The translations under genes and the position numbers were made by a program. The notes under the pieces are model-generated. The model was not told the DNA's origin and searched no databases. It saw nothing but the letters and a program-made list of their open reading frames with translations. A stretch of DNA of 32,000 nt from Candidatus Kuenenia stuttgartensis (GTDB lineage: Bacteria; Planctomycetota; Brocadiia; Brocadiales; Brocadiaceae), in NCBI RefSeq assembly GCF_900232105.1, contig NZ_LT934425.1:2910001-2942000 (forward strand), in the 5' to 3' direction. Below are positions 18,174 to 26,695 of the stretch, piece by piece; the stretch's first letter is position 1; every line of letters starts with the position of its first letter.

Positions 18174-18851
18174 ATGCGTATCTCTTTAACAAAATATGGC
18201 ATAAGGGAACTTGTGCTTTTTGGTATACCCTGTGTTGCTGGAATTTATTTTTCCCTTATTCTTTTCCCCTGGGCTGTGCCGATTCCCTTGTTTTTTATGT
18301 TGTTCCTGCTTAATTTTTTTAGGGATCCTGAACGAAACACACCGCAAGGCAAGGGACTTGTCATTGCTCCGGCGGATGGTGTTGTCTCACACATTGTTCC
18401 TGTTTTTGAGGAACATTATCTGAAATGTGACTCAATAAAAATAAGTATTTTCATGTCAGTCACCAACGTTCATGTTAATCGTATACCGGCGTATGGAACC
18501 GTGGAATTTATCAAACATACCCCCGGTAAATTTCTGGATGCCAGGGATGACGAATGTTTCAGCAGTAACGAAAATAATGTGGTTGGGTTATCGCTGGCAG
18601 AAAAGAAAGGGAACATCGCGGTAAAACAAATTGCCGGCAGGATTGCCAGACGGATTGTATGTGCCTGCAAAATCGGCGATGTCATGCAGCAAGGCGAGCG
18701 TTTTGGCATGATAAAGTTTGGCTCACGAGTAGAAGTATTCGTTCCCAAAACCATTCCGTTCGAACCAATGGTAACGGTAGGTGGAAAAGTAACCGCCGGG
18801 AAAACAATATTGGGGAAAATGCACGGGAATGGCGCCTCTGCGGCAGAATAA
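18174..18851 (+). CDS. psd: Phosphatidylserine decarboxylase proenzyme (short form)
   Basis: N-terminal TM segments. FGSRV self-cleavage motif (MIKFGSRVEVFVP). NRIP motif. Confidence 0.85.
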   Translation: MRISLTKYGIRELVLFGIPCVAGIYFSLILFPWAVPIPLFFMLFLLNFFRDPERNTPQGKGLVIAPADGVVSHIVPVFEEHYLKCDSIKISIFMSVTNVHVNRIPAYGTVEFIKHTPGKFLDARDDECFSSNENNVVGLSLAEKKGNIAVKQIAGRIARRIVCACKIGDVMQQGERFGMIKFGSRVEVFVPKTIPFEPMVTVGGKVTAGKTILGKMHGNGASAAE

Positions 18852-18918
18852 AACCCGTACTTTTTTAACGAAATTTATTTCATACCTTTTGTCATTCTTC
18901 TATGTATAAGACGCTGTT

Positions 18919-19566
18919 ATGTTCACTGGAATTATAGAACATCTGGTTGTGGTAAATAAACTCTCCACTTCTCCTCACGGAGCAGAATTGTTTTTGGATT
19001 TAGGAGGTTTTTACGATAATCTTGTAATCGGCGAAAGTATTTCCGTAAATGGTGTATGCCTTACCGTAAAAACAATTCATGGCAATGTGGTTAGTTTTGA
19101 CGTTTCAGGTGAGACGCTAAAAAAAACAACAATAGGGTCTTTACGAAGCCGGGAAATGGTAAATATTGAGAGAGCGCTAAGGATTGGTGACCGGCTGGGA
19201 GGGCATTTTGTAACTGGGCATGTGGACAGCATTGGCACGATAAAAGAAAAGAAACACATTGCGGAGCAATGTCTCATAACTTTTTCCACTGATAAGAGAT
19301 TTACCGGCATGTTGATTGAAAAAGGTTCCGTGGCAATAGACGGCATAAGTTTAACAAATTTTGAGGTAAAAGAAATCGCTTTCTCCGTGGCCATCATTCC
19401 CCACACACTTGCTTCAACCACGTTGGGTTATAAAAAACCGGGAGACAATGTAAACATTGAAATAGATATGATGGGAAAATGGATAAATAAACTTTTAGAA
19501 AATAATTTTACAGGGAAAAAGAGTGTTCTTACCATGGATAAGTTAATAGAACAAGGTTTTGCCTAA
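18919..19566 (+). CDS. ribE: Riboflavin synthase alpha chain
   Basis: MFTGIIE start. Duplicated lumazine-binding repeats (GESISVNGVCLTV / GSVAIDGISLT). Confidence 0.9.
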   Translation: MFTGIIEHLVVVNKLSTSPHGAELFLDLGGFYDNLVIGESISVNGVCLTVKTIHGNVVSFDVSGETLKKTTIGSLRSREMVNIERALRIGDRLGGHFVTGHVDSIGTIKEKKHIAEQCLITFSTDKRFTGMLIEKGSVAIDGISLTNFEVKEIAFSVAIIPHTLASTTLGYKKPGDNVNIEIDMMGKWINKLLENNFTGKKSVLTMDKLIEQGFA

Positions 19567-19570
19567 TAAA

Positions 19571-20599
19571 ATGAATGCCTTGTATATAAATAAAAAACCA
19601 AAACTGCTTATTGGCATTACCATGGGGGACCCTTGCGGTATTGGACCGGAAATAATTGTACGTTCCCTCGCATCTTCCGCATTAAAACGTGCTGCAAACT
19701 ATATAATAATAGGGAATCAGGCTGTATTAGACAGTACGGCGCAATCTTTAAAAATTCCCTTTCGATACCGCGTTGTTTCACTTGAGACGGATATAGAGCG
19801 CGTATCCACCCCAATATCATTGCTATCTTCTGAACATTTTGACCTCAATCTTATAAAAAAAAGGCTCCCCACGGCGGAAGGGGGAGAATTATCTTTCCTA
19901 TGGATAAAAAAAGGCATCGACCTTGCCTTACAGGGAAAAATTAATGCCCTCGTTACAGCGCCGATATGTAAAGAAGCTATTCACATGGCAGGCTATCAAT
20001 ATCCCGGCCATACGGAAATATTACGTGACCTCTCGAAAGTAAAACGCGTTGTGATGCTTATGATTGGTGGTTCGTTAAGGGTTGCCTTTGTCACTACCCA
20101 TATTGCCCTGCATGAAGTTGCGCAGAGTATTACGGTTAAAAACGTTCTGGAGACAATTACCATCTGCAATACATATCTGAAAAAATATTTTACTCCAAGA
20201 AACCCAAGGATAGCCGTTTGCGGCGTTAATCCCCATGCTGGTGAAGAAGGAATTTTTGGAAATGAAGAAAAAAATATTATAGTCCCTGCCGTAAAAAAGG
20301 CAAAGAAACTAGGCGTCGAATGCAACGGCCCCGTTTCCGCAGATACCGTATTTTATAAGGCGTTAAAGGGCCAGTACGATTTGGTGGTCTCCATGTATCA
20401 TGACCAGGGCGCAATCCCTTTGAAACTGCATGCCTTTGAAACAGGAGTAAACATTACGCTGGGAATTCCGTTCATCAGGACCTCGCCTGACCACGGCACC
20501 GCCTACGATATTGCAGGCAAAGGCATTGCAAACCCTGATTCAATGAGGGAGGCAATAATGACGGCAATAATGATGGCAAAATGTGAAGGAAAGGTGTAA
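19571..20599 (+). CDS. pdxA: 4-hydroxythreonine-4-phosphate dehydrogenase
   Basis: GDPCGIGPEI, NPHAGEEG, MYHDQG, TSPDHGTAYDIAG. The listed ORF starts at TTG 19559, but ATG 19571 is the more likely start. Confidence 0.9.
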   Translation: MNALYINKKPKLLIGITMGDPCGIGPEIIVRSLASSALKRAANYIIIGNQAVLDSTAQSLKIPFRYRVVSLETDIERVSTPISLLSSEHFDLNLIKKRLPTAEGGELSFLWIKKGIDLALQGKINALVTAPICKEAIHMAGYQYPGHTEILRDLSKVKRVVMLMIGGSLRVAFVTTHIALHEVAQSITVKNVLETITICNTYLKKYFTPRNPRIAVCGVNPHAGEEGIFGNEEKNIIVPAVKKAKKLGVECNGPVSADTVFYKALKGQYDLVVSMYHDQGAIPLKLHAFETGVNITLGIPFIRTSPDHGTAYDIAGKGIANPDSMREAIMTAIMMAKCEGKV

Positions 20600-20732
20600 C
20601 TTCTCAATAAGTTGTGGCAGGAGGTAGTAAAAAACTACCATCTACCATACTATCATTTTATTTATGTTTATACGGATAAACCCGTGTCCTATTGTTGCTG
20701 GCCATAGGAATATTCTATAAGAGGATACTACG

Positions 20733-21665
20733 CTGGAAGAAAATACTATTATTCCTCACACTCCTGATTTTTTACGGAAACTCTTTGCCAGAAAAGGCAT
20801 CGTTCTCAATAAAAAGTACGGGCAGCACATTCTTATTGACCAGAATATACTATCTTACATTGCCAATAGTGCTTCTTTGCAAAAAGACGATGTGGTATTG
20901 GAAATTGGGACGGGAACAGGAAGTTTGACAAGGTATCTGGCGGAAAAGGCGTGTCATGTATTCACGGTGGAAATCGACAACAAACTCTTCGATTTATCCT
21001 CGGAGATTCTCAAATTTTACAAAAACATTACTATTATTAACGCCGACATATTACAATCCAAACACAAACTCAATGCGGAAATCGTTACGGTGATATCCGG
21101 CTGGCTTGCAACAAATAATCATACTGCCTTCAAAGTAGTTTCCAACCTTCCCTATAACATCAGCACCCCTGTTATTATTAATCTTTTGGAAAGTAATCTG
21201 CCAATCAGCCTTATGGTACTGATGTTACAAAAAGAAATTACCGAACGTTTGACAGCCGCTTCAGGCTCCAGGGAATATGGAATCCTCTCTGTTATTACGC
21301 AACTGTTTTCGGAAGTTGAACTCATGAAAACATTGCCGCCGGAAGTATTCTGGCCAAGGCCGGAAGTATCTTCCTCTATCGTAAAAATGTCTGTTCACCG
21401 GGCAAAATATGCAAACAAAATAACAGATTATCCATTTTTTATAAAAATCATTTATGCCATATTTACGTCAAGACGCAAAACACTGCTGAACAGTATTGAA
21501 AAATTGAAACTGCCAGGCGTTTCAAGAAGTGAATTGAAACTAATACTTGCTGCCATGCAGTTGAACGAAAACATTCGGGGAGAAATGTTAGATCCGGAAC
21601 AATTAATCCATTTAACAGAGTCTCTCTTTCTGGCAATATCCCGCGCTAATACACTTACCTTTTGA
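20733..21665 (+). CDS. rsmA: 16S rRNA (adenine1518/1519-N6)-dimethyltransferase; start inferred at CTG
   Basis: VLEIGTGTGSLT SAM motif and NLPYNIS. The conserved N-terminal KKYGQHILID lies upstream of the first ATG/GTG/TTG (20877) but in the same open frame (stop at 20718-20720). AAGAGGA (20719-20725) sits 7 nt before CTG 20733. Confidence 0.8.
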   Translation: MEENTIIPHTPDFLRKLFARKGIVLNKKYGQHILIDQNILSYIANSASLQKDDVVLEIGTGTGSLTRYLAEKACHVFTVEIDNKLFDLSSEILKFYKNITIINADILQSKHKLNAEIVTVISGWLATNNHTAFKVVSNLPYNISTPVIINLLESNLPISLMVLMLQKEITERLTAASGSREYGILSVITQLFSEVELMKTLPPEVFWPRPEVSSSIVKMSVHRAKYANKITDYPFFIKIIYAIFTSRRKTLLNSIEKLKLPGVSRSELKLILAAMQLNENIRGEMLDPEQLIHLTESLFLAISRANTLTF

Positions 21666-21696
21666 AATGTGTCGCTAAAAACAAATATCTCGTACG

Positions 21697-21731
21697 AAAA
21701 AAGGGACAGGTTTAAAACCTGTCCCTTTTTT
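21697..21731. terminator. Bidirectional rho-independent terminator (rsmA / hsp20 convergent)
   Basis: AAAAAA-GGGACAGG-tttaaaa-CCTGTCCC-TTTTTT, a perfect 8-bp GC-rich stem flanked by an A-tract and a T-tract. Confidence 0.8.
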
Positions 21732-21849
21732 CGGCAAGTATACATCTTTAAGCAGTATTACAAATCCTTAACCCCAGTGCCTCTAAACCTTTTCTACACA
21801 TCAAGTGTGGAAAATTTGTTTTTGTGAGTTGTCAAATGCAAAATGTACT

Positions 21850-22296
21850 TTAACTGACTTTTACAGAGATCTGCTTCGGACGTACCTCTTCTTTTTTCGG
21901 AAGCGTAATTTCAAGAACGCCATTTTTGCACTCTGCGTTTACTTTATCCATGTCTACAGAAGCGGGAAGCTCTACGGAACGGGAGAATCTGCCATAGCTC
22001 CTTTCCATACGGTAATAGTTTTTCCCCTTTTCTTCCTTTTCTTCTTTTTTCTCTCCCTTTATGATTAAATTATTATCTTGTATTGAAATGTTAACCTCTT
22101 TTGGGTCAATACCGGGAATCTCCGCTTTTACGACAATGTTGTCATCCGTCTCTGAAAGGTCGATGCTAGGAGACCACGCTCCGGCTTCCTGGCCGAACCC
22201 TGAAAAGTCCCAACCCCTAAAGAACTGGTCAAACATGCGGTTTATCTCGTTCTGAAGAGATGATACATTCGTCCACTTCATTAAATCCTTAGCCAT
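21850..22296 (-). CDS. Small heat-shock protein, Hsp20/alpha-crystallin family
   Basis: WSPSIDLSETDDNIVVKAEIPG...ERSYGRFSRSVELP...A.CKNGVLEITLPK is a canonical ACD. Confidence 0.9.
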   Translation of the reverse strand: MAKDLMKWTNVSSLQNEINRMFDQFFRGWDFSGFGQEAGAWSPSIDLSETDDNIVVKAEIPGIDPKEVNISIQDNNLIIKGEKKEEKEEKGKNYYRMERSYGRFSRSVELPASVDMDKVNAECKNGVLEITLPKKEEVRPKQISVKVS

Positions 22297-22349
22297 AGAA
22301 TATCCCCTATAAAAAAAACCAATAAAGTAAAATTACTACTGGTACTTTG

Positions 22350-22365
22350 AGCAATATTCGTGCCT
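22350..22365 (-). promoter_or_regulatory. Sigma-54 (-24/-12) promoter candidate for hsp20
   Basis: The minus strand reads AGGCAC-GAATA-TTGCT, against the consensus TGGCAC-N5-TTGCW. GG and GC have correct spacing. Lies about 55 nt upstream of the hsp20 ATG. Confidence 0.5.
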
Positions 22366-22454
22366 AATAGTATGGTTGGGAGAGCGGCAGATATAAGTCT
22401 TTTGAAAATCACGCATTGCGAATCAGGTTATACTTTAGCTGACCTAAATATATG

Positions 22455-22469
22455 CTGCCATATTGGCAG
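22455..22469. promoter_or_regulatory. Perfect palindrome CTGCCA-TAT-TGGCAG, candidate enhancer-binding-protein site
   Basis: Lies about 95 bp upstream of the -24 element, a typical UAS distance. Confidence 0.3.
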
Positions 22470-22575
22470 TAGATTTGATATCCTCACCTGTCCTGCGTAA
22501 AAGATTTCCTGTTACTTCATTATTTTATTCTTACGTCCTAGACAAAAATTGGCATGGCATTAACCATGACAAGGT

Positions 22576-23156
22576 TGTTCTTTCATCTGAAATAAAAATG
22601 GAGCTATAAATATTATAAGAGCTGTGGGTTTTTATTTTAAACAAAATTTGTAAGGACAGACGGTAAACATCCGCCCGATACTTCTTACTACTTACCTCGT
22701 ACAACGTGTATAACCAGTAGGTCTAACGCAACAAGGTTAGCCGTTCCTACGACAACCATAATGCGTATGGGCTGGTCCCAGTTTCTCCAAAAGTTCCTCA
22801 TCCGTATATGTCTCTATTTTTGGTGCTTCGTATTTTTGCAGTTTGTTTTCTACCATTATACACCTCTTTCGGGGTTAAATTTTAAACACCTTATTCCCAT
22901 TTGATTAAACATGTGCCTTGCCACAAACAAGTACCCATGGGTGGGTTTGTTTTGCGGTTTTTTACCCACAGCTCTTTTTTAATTCACCGATAAAAAATTT
23001 ATGTTATGTCGTTTTTCTCCAACACTACATGCTCTTCTTTATGGCCGCACACTACAATTCTTATTGTCTACTATTTATTAAATTTGTCAATACCTGCAAA
23101 TGGGGGTATCCATTTGGATATCTGTTTTTCAAAGCGCTGTTTTGTTTTTACGTAAG
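22576..23156. repeat. Copy 1 of the ~580-bp intergenic repeat (part of a 982-bp tandem duplication)
   Basis: Aligns by eye with 24885-25464 over its full length, with scattered substitutions and small indels. Confidence 0.9.
22737..22856 (-). CDS. 39-codon sORF, copy 1 (MVENKLQKYEAPKIETYTDEELLEKLGPAHTHYGCRRNG)
   Basis: ATG preceded by AAAGAGGTG. The ORF is intact in both repeat copies, and the last 25 codons are identical at nucleotide level. Confidence 0.45.
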   Translation of the reverse strand: MVENKLQKYEAPKIETYTDEELLEKLGPAHTHYGCRRNG

Positions 23157-24479
23157 GAGTTGTCAGATAATAACTTTTACAACTATGGCGCGGGATAACA
23201 AGGTGTGAATGACTCAATTTTTTGAAATTGTATAATTCCAATCTCAATGGAAATTATGCTTTCCAATATTAATCTTTTCCATTTCCTGATCGGAAACCTT
23301 TATCCCTGTTGGATATTTCCTTTTGTCAATTTTAACTACAACCTTCAATCCGGTTTTTGTTTTTGTTGCGCCAATTAAATTAACCATAACATCATGGCTG
23401 GTCAGCGGATGGCCTTTCCAATTCATGCTAATATGAGAAAAAAGTCTATGTTCAATTTTGTTCCATTTACTTGTTCCTTTAGGAAAATGGCATACTGTAA
23501 TTTCCATGCCTGATTTATTTGCAAATTCTTGTAGTTTGATTTTCCACAGGCGAACTCTATAGCCGTCACTGCCACCACTATCTGCACATATCAACAGCTT
23601 TTTTGCATCAGGATAAATCTTTCTTCCCATATAAGTCCACCACCTATGAATGCTTTGTACTGCAAAATCTGAGGTATCATGATCGCATCCGACATTGATC
23701 CAACCTAAATTTTTACCCTGATCATAGATGCCATAGGGGATGCCTATTTCTTTTCCTTTGGGATCAGGGAAATCTCGACCATTAACTTTTCGGGGAGAAC
23801 CTTTTTTCCGCCATTCCTGCCCTTTGTTTGCATAGTTTCCCAGCAATTCCTTCTTTTTAGTGGCAACAGAAATGACAGGAAAATTGTCTTTTAAAAACTT
23901 TTTTACTTGCATAGTGATATACTTGAATTGTGCATCACGATCAGGATGAGAATCTTCCAAAGATTTATCATTACCTTGAAGACTATACCCAAGTTGTTTA
24001 AGAATGACTCGAATTGTTTCGTAAGAAACTTCATATCCTTTTTTATAAAGCTCCTCGGATAAATGACGCGTACTTTTAGAGGTCCATTTCAGTGGAGACA
24101 TTGGGTCCCCTCGGGTAGAATCTTCAATTAACGACTCAATTGTTTTTAATAATTTTTTGTTTTGAGCATGTTTGGGTTTAGGGTCGCCACCAGAAACTCT
24201 CACACTCTCACTGGCATTATTCCCTCCACTCTCTAAATCAGATATCCCCTGATGGATAGTAGGCCTGGATACGCCTGCAAGTCTTGCGATTTTAGAAATT
24301 CCACCATAGCCAATAGATTTTGCTTCTGCCCCTAAAAAGATTCTCTTTTGTCTTTCATTTAAAAAGGGTAAAATATCATTGATTTTTTCTTTAAGTTTTT
24401 CGGTAGACATAAAAACTTTTTAGCCGATTCCAGAATATATTTCAATCCAAAGTTGTACATGTTATTATCTGACTGCCCC
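23157..24479 (-). mobile_element. ISAzo13-family insertion sequence (1323 bp)
   Basis: Imperfect terminal inverted repeats share GTCAGATAATAAC (23157-... and the reverse complement of ...-24479). Flanked by TAAG (23153-23156 and 24480-24483). An uninterrupted paralogous site gTAAGacc lies at 25460-25467. Confidence 0.85.
23244..24410 (-). CDS. ISAzo13-family (Rhodopirellula-type DDE) transposase
   Basis: 388 aa. N-terminal LNERQKRIFLGAEAKSIGYGGISKIARLAGVSRPTI HTH. C-terminal WNKIEHRLFSHIS motif. Confidence 0.9.
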   Translation of the reverse strand: MSTEKLKEKINDILPFLNERQKRIFLGAEAKSIGYGGISKIARLAGVSRPTIHQGISDLESGGNNASESVRVSGGDPKPKHAQNKKLLKTIESLIEDSTRGDPMSPLKWTSKSTRHLSEELYKKGYEVSYETIRVILKQLGYSLQGNDKSLEDSHPDRDAQFKYITMQVKKFLKDNFPVISVATKKKELLGNYANKGQEWRKKGSPRKVNGRDFPDPKGKEIGIPYGIYDQGKNLGWINVGCDHDTSDFAVQSIHRWWTYMGRKIYPDAKKLLICADSGGSDGYRVRLWKIKLQEFANKSGMEITVCHFPKGTSKWNKIEHRLFSHISMNWKGHPLTSHDVMVNLIGATKTKTGLKVVVKIDKRKYPTGIKVSDQEMEKINIGKHNFH

Positions 24480-24546
24480 TAAGACCTTAACCTGGAAATG
24501 CACCCTTTGTTATTCAATCGCAAATTGCGAGCCTCCAAAGTATGAT

Positions 24547-24885
24547 TCATAAATCTCGCAGGGACTCCACGGTGTTCATGCGTGATGCGCGAAATGCAGG
24601 CAGTATGCCCCCAAGAAATCCCATAAGGAGCGCAAATGCCATTGCCTTGAGAAAGATTCCATGACTAAGCCTGAAGCGGAAGGCGAGTTCTGAAAATGTC
24701 TGGGAATTGGTTGTCGATACACTGATAAATTGCAGCACGGAAGCAAAAGACAATCCGGTACATCCCCCTAAAAAACCAAGAATAAACGATTCCAAAAGAA
24801 ATGCCATAAGGATGTTTACCCTGCCAAAACCCAACGCACGCAATGTGCTAATTTCTGAAGTGCGGTTTGCGACTGCCGCGTACAT
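24547..24885 (-). pseudogene. Duplicated 3' fragment of the FtsX/MacB-type permease gene
   Basis: The 112 aa are nearly identical to the C-terminus of 25528..26694 (AVANRTSEI.TLRALGF...ILPAFRASRMN.VESLR). Similarity stops at the duplication junction (about 24884). Confidence 0.85.
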
Positions 24886-25464
24886 GTTCTTTCATCTGAA
24901 ATAAAAATGGTGCTATAAATATTATAAGAGCTGTGGGTCTTTATTTTAAACAAAATTTGTAAGGACAGACGGTAAACATCCGCCCGATACTTCTTACTAC
25001 TTACCTCGTACAACGTGTATAACCAGTAGGTCTAACGCAACAAGGTTAGCCGTTCCTACGACAACCATAATGCGTATGGGCTGGTCCCAGTTTCTCCAAA
25101 AGTTCCTCATCCGTATATGTTTCTATTTTTGGTGCTTCGTATTTATGCAAATTGTTTTCTACCATTCTACACCTCCTTCGGGGTTAAATTTTAAACACCT
25201 TCTTCCCATTTGATTAAACATGTGCCTTGCCATAAACAAATACCCATGGGCGGGTTTGTTTTGCGGCTTTTGCCCACAGCTCTTTTTTAATTCACCGCTA
25301 AAAATTTATGCTATGTCGTTTTTCTCCAACACAACATGCTTTTCTTCAGGAGGGCACATTACGACATCTATTATTTACTATTTATTAAATTTGTCAATAC
25401 ACGCAAACGGGGGTATCCATTTGGAGATATGTTTTTCAAAGCGATGTTTTGTTTTTTTTGTAAG
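24885..25464. repeat. Copy 2 of the ~580-bp intergenic repeat
   Basis: See copy 1. Confidence 0.9.
25046..25165 (-). CDS. 39-codon sORF, copy 2 (MVENNLHKYEAPKIETYTDEELLEKLGPAHTHYGCRRNG)
   Basis: ATG preceded by AAGGAGGTG with a 5-nt spacer. Lies directly downstream of the ABC transporter operon on the same strand. Confidence 0.5.
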   Translation of the reverse strand: MVENNLHKYEAPKIETYTDEELLEKLGPAHTHYGCRRNG

Positions 25465-25527
25465 ACCTAAACCTGGGAATATGCCATTTGTTATTCAATC
25501 ACAAATTGCGGGCTGTCAAAGTATGAT

Positions 25528-26694
25528 TCATACCTCTCTCAGGGACTCCACTATGTTCATGCGTGATGCGCGAAATGCAGGCAGTATGCCGCCGAAAAAT
25601 CCCATAAGGAGCGCAAATGCCATTGCCTTGAGAATGATTCCCGGACTAAGCCTGAAGCGGAAGGCGAGTTCTGAAAATGTCTGAAAATTGGTTGTAGATA
25701 CACTGATAAACTGCAGCACGGAAGCAAAAAACAATCCGGTACATCCCCCTAAAAAACCAAGAATAATCGATTCCAACAGAAACGCCAGAAGGATATTCAC
25801 CCTGCTAAAACCAAGCGCACGCAATGTGCCTATTTCTGAAGTGCGGTTCGCTACTGCCGAGTACATGGTAACCATTGCGCCAATTACCGCCCCGATTGAA
25901 AATATCGCGGTAAGTGAAATACCCAATATTCTTAAAAACTTTGCCATCATCTCGGACTGTTTTTTGTAATAATCTACTTCAATCATCGCATCAAAGGTCA
26001 ACCGCGGATCGTTTTCAATACGGCGTTGTAATTTCTGCAAGGAAGCATCGTCCTCCGCGCGAAAAATAAGGGATGAATATGCGTTTCTTCGAAAAGCCTG
26101 CATAAACTGATCGGCGTCTCCCCATATTTCAGAACTGAACCCGGTATCGCCCGCGTCAAAAATCCCCACAACCTTCCATGGCCTCATTGCAAAAAATATC
26201 GAATCGCCCAACCCTGCATTTTTAAACCGTTTTGCCACGCTATTCCCTGTCATTATTTCTGATGTTCCCATAAGAGGCAGCCTGCCCGCCGAAAGTTTTA
26301 CCTGAGGCCGCATATCAACGGAGGCATTGCCAATCCCACGGATAACAACATTTGCAGAACTGCTGCTTCCTTTTTTTTGAAGAGTAATTAAAACCACCAG
26401 TTCTTTTGCAAACATTCTGCGCCCGTTTTCATCCAATGCCACTTCCGGCTGCGTTTCAATAATAGACGCCTGATATCTTTCGATGATGCTTTGCACCTCT
26501 GTAGACGAGGACTTTCTAAGCACAACGATATTATTGTATGACCCTGTTTCGATAAGGGTTTTTTGCAGTCCTTCGGCGAGCATAATAATTGCGGCAAAGA
26601 CGAATACAACCAGCGCCATGCCTGATGCAGTTAGCGCGGTAGTCACCCGGCGGGTCAATAAATTCCGAAAACTATAAAAAAAAAGGAGTCTCAT
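25528..26694 (-). CDS. ABC transporter permease, MacB/FtsX (LolC/E-like) family
   Basis: N-terminal TM, large periplasmic domain, C-terminal FtsX 3-TM bundle. Start abuts the stop of the upstream permease. Confidence 0.85.
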   Translation of the reverse strand: MRLLFFYSFRNLLTRRVTTALTASGMALVVFVFAAIIMLAEGLQKTLIETGSYNNIVVLRKSSSTEVQSIIERYQASIIETQPEVALDENGRRMFAKELVVLITLQKKGSSSSANVVIRGIGNASVDMRPQVKLSAGRLPLMGTSEIMTGNSVAKRFKNAGLGDSIFFAMRPWKVVGIFDAGDTGFSSEIWGDADQFMQAFRRNAYSSLIFRAEDDASLQKLQRRIENDPRLTFDAMIEVDYYKKQSEMMAKFLRILGISLTAIFSIGAVIGAMVTMYSAVANRTSEIGTLRALGFSRVNILLAFLLESIILGFLGGCTGLFFASVLQFISVSTTNFQTFSELAFRFRLSPGIILKAMAFALLMGFFGGILPAFRASRMNIVESLREV

Positions 26695-26695
26695 C

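Noticed and set aside
20692-20928. 78-aa ORF in another frame, considered as a frameshifted N-terminus of rsmA via the T6 run at 20767-20772.
   Set aside because: Its translation (MLLAIGIFYKRILRWKK...) has no KsgA similarity. The KsgA N-terminal motif is already in frame with the main ORF, so no frameshift is needed.
22918-23208. 96-aa plus-strand ORF in repeat copy 1, and the 154-aa ORF 25220-25684 in copy 2.
   Set aside because: The two copies do not preserve a common frame or length. Translations are Phe/Leu/Cys-rich, and the second runs antisense into the permease gene.
25175-25400. Possible structured 5' leader or riboswitch for the sORF, with long-range pairing of AUGUGCC and GGCACAU plus local stems.
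   Set aside because: The pairing partner is mutated without compensation in repeat copy 1 (AGUGUGC). There is no match to any riboswitch class I recognise.
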